A DNA stretch of 28,203 nt from Allobaculum fili (GTDB lineage Bacteria; Bacillota_I; Bacilli_A; Erysipelotrichales; Erysipelotrichaceae). A model generated the notes under the pieces. That model saw nothing but the letters and a program-made list of their open reading frames with translations, was not told where the DNA came from and did not search any database. Positions 23,870 through 28,203 of this stretch are shown piece by piece; position 1 is the stretch's first letter; every line of letters starts with the position of its first letter. Location of the stretch: positions 1 to 28,203 of the forward strand of contig NZ_JAHDSX010000032.1 of assembly GCF_020969955.1 (NCBI RefSeq). The letters run 5' to 3'. Made by a program: the position numbers and the translations under genes.

Positions 23870-26455
23870 ATGCTTCAGTCTAAAAATATTGTCAAAGAGT
23901 ATTACTCCGGCGATGAGATCGTTCATGCGGTCAACGGCTTGAGCGTCACATTCCGGGACAATGAATTCGTCTCCATCCTCGGCCCTTCAGGCTGCGGCAA
24001 GACGACATTTCTGAATATCATTGGCGGTCTCGATCAGTACACCAGCGGCGATCTGATCATCAATGGAAAAAGCACGAAGGAATATACAGATAAAGACTGG
24101 GACACATACCGAAACCATCGAATCGGATTTATTTTCCAGAGCTACAACCTGATCATGCATCAGAGCGTACTCAAGAACGTCGAAATGTCCCTGACGCTTT
24201 CCGGAGTTCCTAAGGAAGAAAGAAAGAAGCGGGCAATCGCTGCGCTTGAAAAAGTCGGTCTGAAAGATCAGATCAACAAGAAGCCGACCCAGATGTCCGG
24301 CGGTCAGATGCAGCGTGTCGCAATCGCCCGTGCTCTGGTCAACGATCCGGAAATCGTTCTGGCCGATGAACCGACGGGTGCGCTGGATTCCGAGACTTCT
24401 GTGCAGATCATGGAACTGCTTAAGGAAATCGCCAGGGATCGTCTGGTCATCATGGTTACCCATAACCCGGAACTGGCCGAACGCTATTCCACCCGAATTG
24501 TCCGCCTTAAGGACGGCAAGATGATTTCCGATTCCATGCCGGTTAAAGAAGTAAAGGAAGAAGCCAAAGAGCAGAAGCTCAAACGGCCAAGTATGTCCTT
24601 CTGGACAGCCCTTTCCCTTTCGTTCAACAACCTGATGACCAAAAAAGGCAGAACGCTTCTGACTTCCTTTGCGGGATCCATCGGCATTATCGGAATCGGT
24701 CTGATCATGTCCCTTTCCAACGGGGTTCAGGATTATATTACCCGCGTTGAGAACGATACGATGGCGGACTATCCGATTGAGCTGAAAGACAACACGATGA
24801 ACATGTCGGTCATGATGAGTGCGATGATGGATATGCAGGACGAGACAGAAGCCAGCGAAATGGAAGACGGAAAAATCACGACCTCGAAAATGGTCGAATC
24901 CATTCTGGATTCCATTTCTTCATCCAAGACGAACAACCTCGCCGAATTCAAGAAATATCTGGAATCGGATCAGGGGGATGAATTCACATCCACCGCAAAA
25001 GCCATTGAATATTCGTACGGCATGGATATGACTGTCTTCAATTCCAATTCGGATTATGGTCTGGTACGCGTATCGCCGAACGAACTGATCGATAAGCTCG
25101 GCTTTAGTCAGATGGGCCAGGTTCAGTCCGCGTTTGGGGTAAGTTCGCCGATGAACCAGGAAATCTGGACCCAGATGCCGGATTCCCAGGCTCTGCGCGA
25201 AGACAATTACCAGCTGATCGACGGCGCCTGGCCAAAAGACGAAAGTGAAATTCTGCTGGCTGTCGATAAGAACAACGAAATTACCGACTACGCCCTCTAC
25301 TCTGCCGGTCTGCTTGATCAGGACGAACTGGTGAAAAACTATCAGAACGTTTTAGATGGCAAAACCGACAAGATTGAAGTTTCCGAAACGAAAAACTACA
25401 CCAACGAAGACTTCATCGGCATGGAGCTTTCCGTCCTGCCAAACTCCGCGCTGTATCAGAAAGTCAACGGTCTCTGGATTGATCAGTCCGACAACGAAGA
25501 CTTCATCAAGGACGCGCTTAAAAAGGAAGCCAAGTCGGTGAAAATTGTCGGTATCGTGAAACCGGCTGAAAAGACCGTTTCCTCAACCGCATTAGGTGGA
25601 ATTCTTTACGATTCCTCCCTGCGCAACTGGGCAGCCGACGAAGCGGATGCCTCCGAAATCGTTAAGGAACAGAAAGCCGATCCGAAAATCAACGTCTTTA
25701 CCGGACGCGAATTTACCAACGGCGAGAAGTTCTCGATGGATCAGCTTACCCCTGAACAGATGATGCAGATGCAGAGCATGCCCCAGGAAGAGCTGCCCAG
25801 TTACATCACCACCTATAACAACAACATCAACGCCACCTACGATTCCAACCTTTCGGATCTTGGCGTCATCGATCTCAACGAACCATCCAGCATCAAGCTG
25901 TATGCCAGGAGCTTTGATGACAAGGAAAAGCTTGGCGATCTGATCACCGAATACAACAACGTTCAGAACGATGAAGGAAAACCGGAAAACATTATCACGT
26001 ATACCGATACCGTGGGCGTAATGCTTTCCGGCGTACAGAGGGTCATCAACCTGATTTCCTACGTCTTGATGGGCTTCGTTTCTGTATCGCTGGTCGTATC
26101 CTCGATCATGATCGGAATCATTACGTACATTTCCGTTCTCGAACGCATCAAGGAAATCGGCGTTCTCCGTGCCCTGGGTGCTTCCAAACGGGATATTCGA
26201 AGAGTATTCAACGCGGAAACCTTTATCATCGGTCTGATTTCCGGTCTGCTTGGAATTGGAATTACTGCACTGCTGGACATTCCAATTTCCATGATCGTCC
26301 AGAACCTGACCGGTGTTGCGGGTATTGCCAGTCTCCCGGTTAACGGAGCGGTCATTCTGGTTCTGATCAACCTCGCGCTGACCATGATTGCCGGACTCAT
26401 TCCTGCCTCGATGGCTTCGCGCAAGAATCCGGTCGAAGCGCTGCGCACCGAATAA
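23870..26455 (+). CDS. Fused ABC transporter ATP-binding protein / FtsX-family permease (MacB-like), 861 aa
   Basis: RBS AAAGGAG precedes the ATG. Walker A is GPSGCGKTT, the signature is MSGGQMQRVAIARA, Walker B is VLADEPTGALD and the H-loop is VTHN. TM1 lies around aa 262-285, followed by a ~430-aa hydrophilic domain and three C-terminal TM helices typical of FtsX/MacB. Confidence 0.85.
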   Translation: MLQSKNIVKEYYSGDEIVHAVNGLSVTFRDNEFVSILGPSGCGKTTFLNIIGGLDQYTSGDLIINGKSTKEYTDKDWDTYRNHRIGFIFQSYNLIMHQSVLKNVEMSLTLSGVPKEERKKRAIAALEKVGLKDQINKKPTQMSGGQMQRVAIARALVNDPEIVLADEPTGALDSETSVQIMELLKEIARDRLVIMVTHNPELAERYSTRIVRLKDGKMISDSMPVKEVKEEAKEQKLKRPSMSFWTALSLSFNNLMTKKGRTLLTSFAGSIGIIGIGLIMSLSNGVQDYITRVENDTMADYPIELKDNTMNMSVMMSAMMDMQDETEASEMEDGKITTSKMVESILDSISSSKTNNLAEFKKYLESDQGDEFTSTAKAIEYSYGMDMTVFNSNSDYGLVRVSPNELIDKLGFSQMGQVQSAFGVSSPMNQEIWTQMPDSQALREDNYQLIDGAWPKDESEILLAVDKNNEITDYALYSAGLLDQDELVKNYQNVLDGKTDKIEVSETKNYTNEDFIGMELSVLPNSALYQKVNGLWIDQSDNEDFIKDALKKEAKSVKIVGIVKPAEKTVSSTALGGILYDSSLRNWAADEADASEIVKEQKADPKINVFTGREFTNGEKFSMDQLTPEQMMQMQSMPQEELPSYITTYNNNINATYDSNLSDLGVIDLNEPSSIKLYARSFDDKEKLGDLITEYNNVQNDEGKPENIITYTDTVGVMLSGVQRVINLISYVLMGFVSVSLVVSSIMIGIITYISVLERIKEIGVLRALGASKRDIRRVFNAETFIIGLISGLLGIGITALLDIPISMIVQNLTGVAGIASLPVNGAVILVLINLALTMIAGLIPASMASRKNPVEALRTE

Positions 26456-26495
26456 ACTTCACTGCAGGCGTTCTGGTCAAAACCTGACAATTCTT

Positions 26496-26543
26496 ACGTC
26501 CCTTCCCTATCGAATTTCCAGTCGAAGAAAGGGACGTTTTTCT
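26496..26543 (+). terminator. Rho-independent terminator of the ABC gene
   Basis: ACGTCCCTT (26496-26504) pairs with AAGGGACGT (26529-26537). It is followed by TTTTTCT. Confidence 0.55.
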
Positions 26544-26612
26544 ATATCGCCTGCAAAGCTGCTGTCTACGGGTCTGTCCTGTTTTCTTTCAAATTTACGA
26601 CCCGTGAGCATG

Positions 26613-26646
26613 AAAAAAGCAGAAAGCATGCGATTATGCTTTCCGC
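26613..26646 (-). terminator. Rho-independent terminator of the HTH gene
   Basis: GCAGAAAGCAT and ATGCTTTCCGC form the stem (26619-26646). On the minus strand it is followed by TTTTTT (26613-18), 37 nt after the stop at 26683. Confidence 0.65.
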
Positions 26647-26682
26647 TTACGATCCGGTTTCCTTCACCAATTGGAACTCAGT

Positions 26683-26937
26683 TTATTCTTCAGTCTCTTT
26701 CGGCTTTACGTCGCCTGAGTCAAACATGACCAGGGTTTCTCTTGTGAAGGGGTCTACGAAGGCAAGACGAGTGCCTGTCAGTTCTGCCAGGCGGATCAGG
26801 TCATCGCCCGAAAACGCATCCCGGGAATATTTGGTGTTGAGGGCCTGCGGACGGGAAAGACCGAGCGCGTAGGTGTAGTCAACGCTCTTCACACCTTTGA
26901 GTGCGAGCAGGCTCTTGATTTTGTTGGTTTTACTCAT
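26683..26937 (-). CDS. Small XRE/Cro-like helix-turn-helix DNA-binding protein (84 aa)
   Basis: RBS AAGGAGG lies 8 nt before the ATG. KIKSLLALKGVKSVDYTYALGLSRPQALNTKYSRDAFSGDDLIRLAELTGTRLAFVD follows the short phage/mobile-element HTH regulator pattern. Confidence 0.6.
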   Translation of the reverse strand: MSKTNKIKSLLALKGVKSVDYTYALGLSRPQALNTKYSRDAFSGDDLIRLAELTGTRLAFVDPFTRETLVMFDSGDVKPKETEE

Positions 26938-27385
26938 GAGTGAGTCCTCCTTGAGTTCTAATCGGCTCCAGAAACAATCTGACCATTATTTCATCGTACT
27001 GAACTCAATTCAATCTGTTGTGAATAAATTATATAGCAGATCTCATTAATCTTTAACTGATTGTCCTGTAACTATTACAATTATGGATATTTCACATGAA
27101 ATAGTCGATAAAATTCGAAAATATTCGGAATTTTCGTACAATTCATAAGAATAATGTCGTAATTTAGAAATTTGTAAGCGGTTATTATCTATCAAAGAAG
27201 GAATCAATCGAAGAGAATTGAACCCTTTGCCGGTTGTTTTATTTCTTCTCCAATCTAATACGTATTGGTTTTATGAATAATTTCAAATAGTTTTAGAAGT
27301 CAAGCCCAAATGATTAGTTGCGTTTTCATCTCCATGTTGACGAAAATGAAAATATGTTTCATTAGAACTTTCCCAATCAGCTAAA

Positions 27386-28203
27386 CTATACGGTCGGATT
27401 TTTGCGTGGACGACCACGTTTCCTTTTGGGCTGGTCTACTGGATCTGGTCGTGGAATCAGATCCAGTTTTTGAAGAATTTCTATCTGACCAGGATTCATC
27501 TTGATCAGTTCCCACTCATTATCATTTTTTATTCTTTTGCCTCTTTGCAGGATATGCATGATTTTCTTATAGCTCATGTCCTCAAGGAGGCCTTTTTCGT
27601 CGAACAGGTTCAAAAGTCTGAACGTGATGACGGTCGACAGAAAATCAATGAATTCGCTGCCGATCACTGAGTAGTCATCATGGACTCTGGTTACATCAAA
27701 GCCGAGGGCGTTCTTGTAGTACCGCATAACGATCTCGATTTGCCAGCGATAACTATAGGTCTTCCAGGCATCTTCCGGAGACAGATCGACATCTGATTCA
27801 AAGACCACTGTTCCAAATGTACGCTTTTTCTTTTCGTATTCTTCGAAATCGTACTTATCTTTACGATGCTTATCCAGCCAGTCCGTCTCCTCCTGAGCCG
27901 CTCTTCTCGGATCACGGAAACTGTAGAGCCATTTTCCCTTATTGGACAGCTTCTCTTTCTTAAACTGAATCGGTTCCATCTGCCCAAGAAAGCCGCAGCA
28001 GCCTTCGATCACGCCCTCGAAGTTATACATCTCATGATCGAAGGCAAGCTTGGCATTCCGATGAAGCGGGTTGAAGTAATGAAGCTGCGGGCAGTCTTTA
28101 AGGACTTCTTCGATCGATTTGACGGGAAACCCTTTATCACCAACCATAATTCCGCTTTGAATACCGTTCTGTTTCACAAAACTGTCATAGGATGTCAGAT
28201 CGA
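27386..28203 (-). mobile_element. IS4-superfamily (IS1634-like) DDE transposase, C-terminal ~270 codons; gene continues beyond the window
   Basis: The frame stays open to the window edge (..DLTSYDSFVKQNGIQSG..). The IS4-type Y-(2)-R-(3)-E-(6)-K signature is present as YSYRWQIEIVMRYYK. The C-terminal tail is basic (KRKRGRPRKNP). Confidence 0.8.

Noticed and set aside
27174-27180. GTAAGCG heptamer resembling an IS66 terminal repeat
   Set aside because: Only the 7-mer matches the IS66 end at 1586-1592. The following bases differ completely, and a 7-mer is expected by chance several times in 2 x 28 kb.
27361-27374. Similarity between ATTAGAACTTTCCC here and ATTAGAAAGTGTCC at positions 1-14, suggesting the same IS at both window ends
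   Set aside because: The match is limited to ~7-9 nt with mismatches and no extended alignment, so it cannot be distinguished from chance without the flanking sequence.
1-28203. Search for CRISPR arrays, tRNA/tmRNA and rRNA genes
   Set aside because: I found no regularly spaced 25-40-bp direct repeats, no tRNA-like T-arm/acceptor patterns and no rRNA-like conserved blocks. All periodic repeats found are in-frame coding repeats of the giant gene.

Overview
The window looks Firmicutes-like: AGGAGG-type ribosome-binding sites, rho-independent terminators and a perfect cre box. It has two very different halves.

Positions 1-12.9 kb are an almost entirely minus-strand accessory/mobile island. It contains:
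- the apparent end of an unidentified element (1-122);
- a 3'-truncated IS66 (tnpA-tnpB-tnpC');
- a visibly AT-richer islet encoding a signal-peptide protein, frameshifted by an exact 20-bp tandem duplication, plus a small polytopic membrane protein;
- dead relics of a phage endolysin SH3b domain and of an N6-adenine DNA methyltransferase;
- a block in which two ~75%-identical 172-aa paralogues bracket two small genes;
- the most interesting item: a self-contained three-gene operon with its own terminator. It encodes a 1107-aa SNF2/DExH helicase, a MoxR-type AAA+ ATPase and a 570-aa HExxH-zincin/VWA protein, all with intact catalytic motifs.

Positions 13.4-28.2 kb look like core chromosome plus surface genes:
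- meso-diaminopimelate dehydrogenase (ddh);
- a Cof-type HAD hydrolase;
- a DUF3267-like membrane zincin;
- a 2089-aa secreted multi-repeat protein with very recent internal duplications and no recognisable anchor;
- a fused ABC ATPase-FtsX permease;
- a small XRE-like HTH protein;
- an IS4/IS1634-type transposase that runs off the right edge.

I recognised no rRNA, tRNA or CRISPR array. All family assignments come from motif recognition by eye; no database search was possible.
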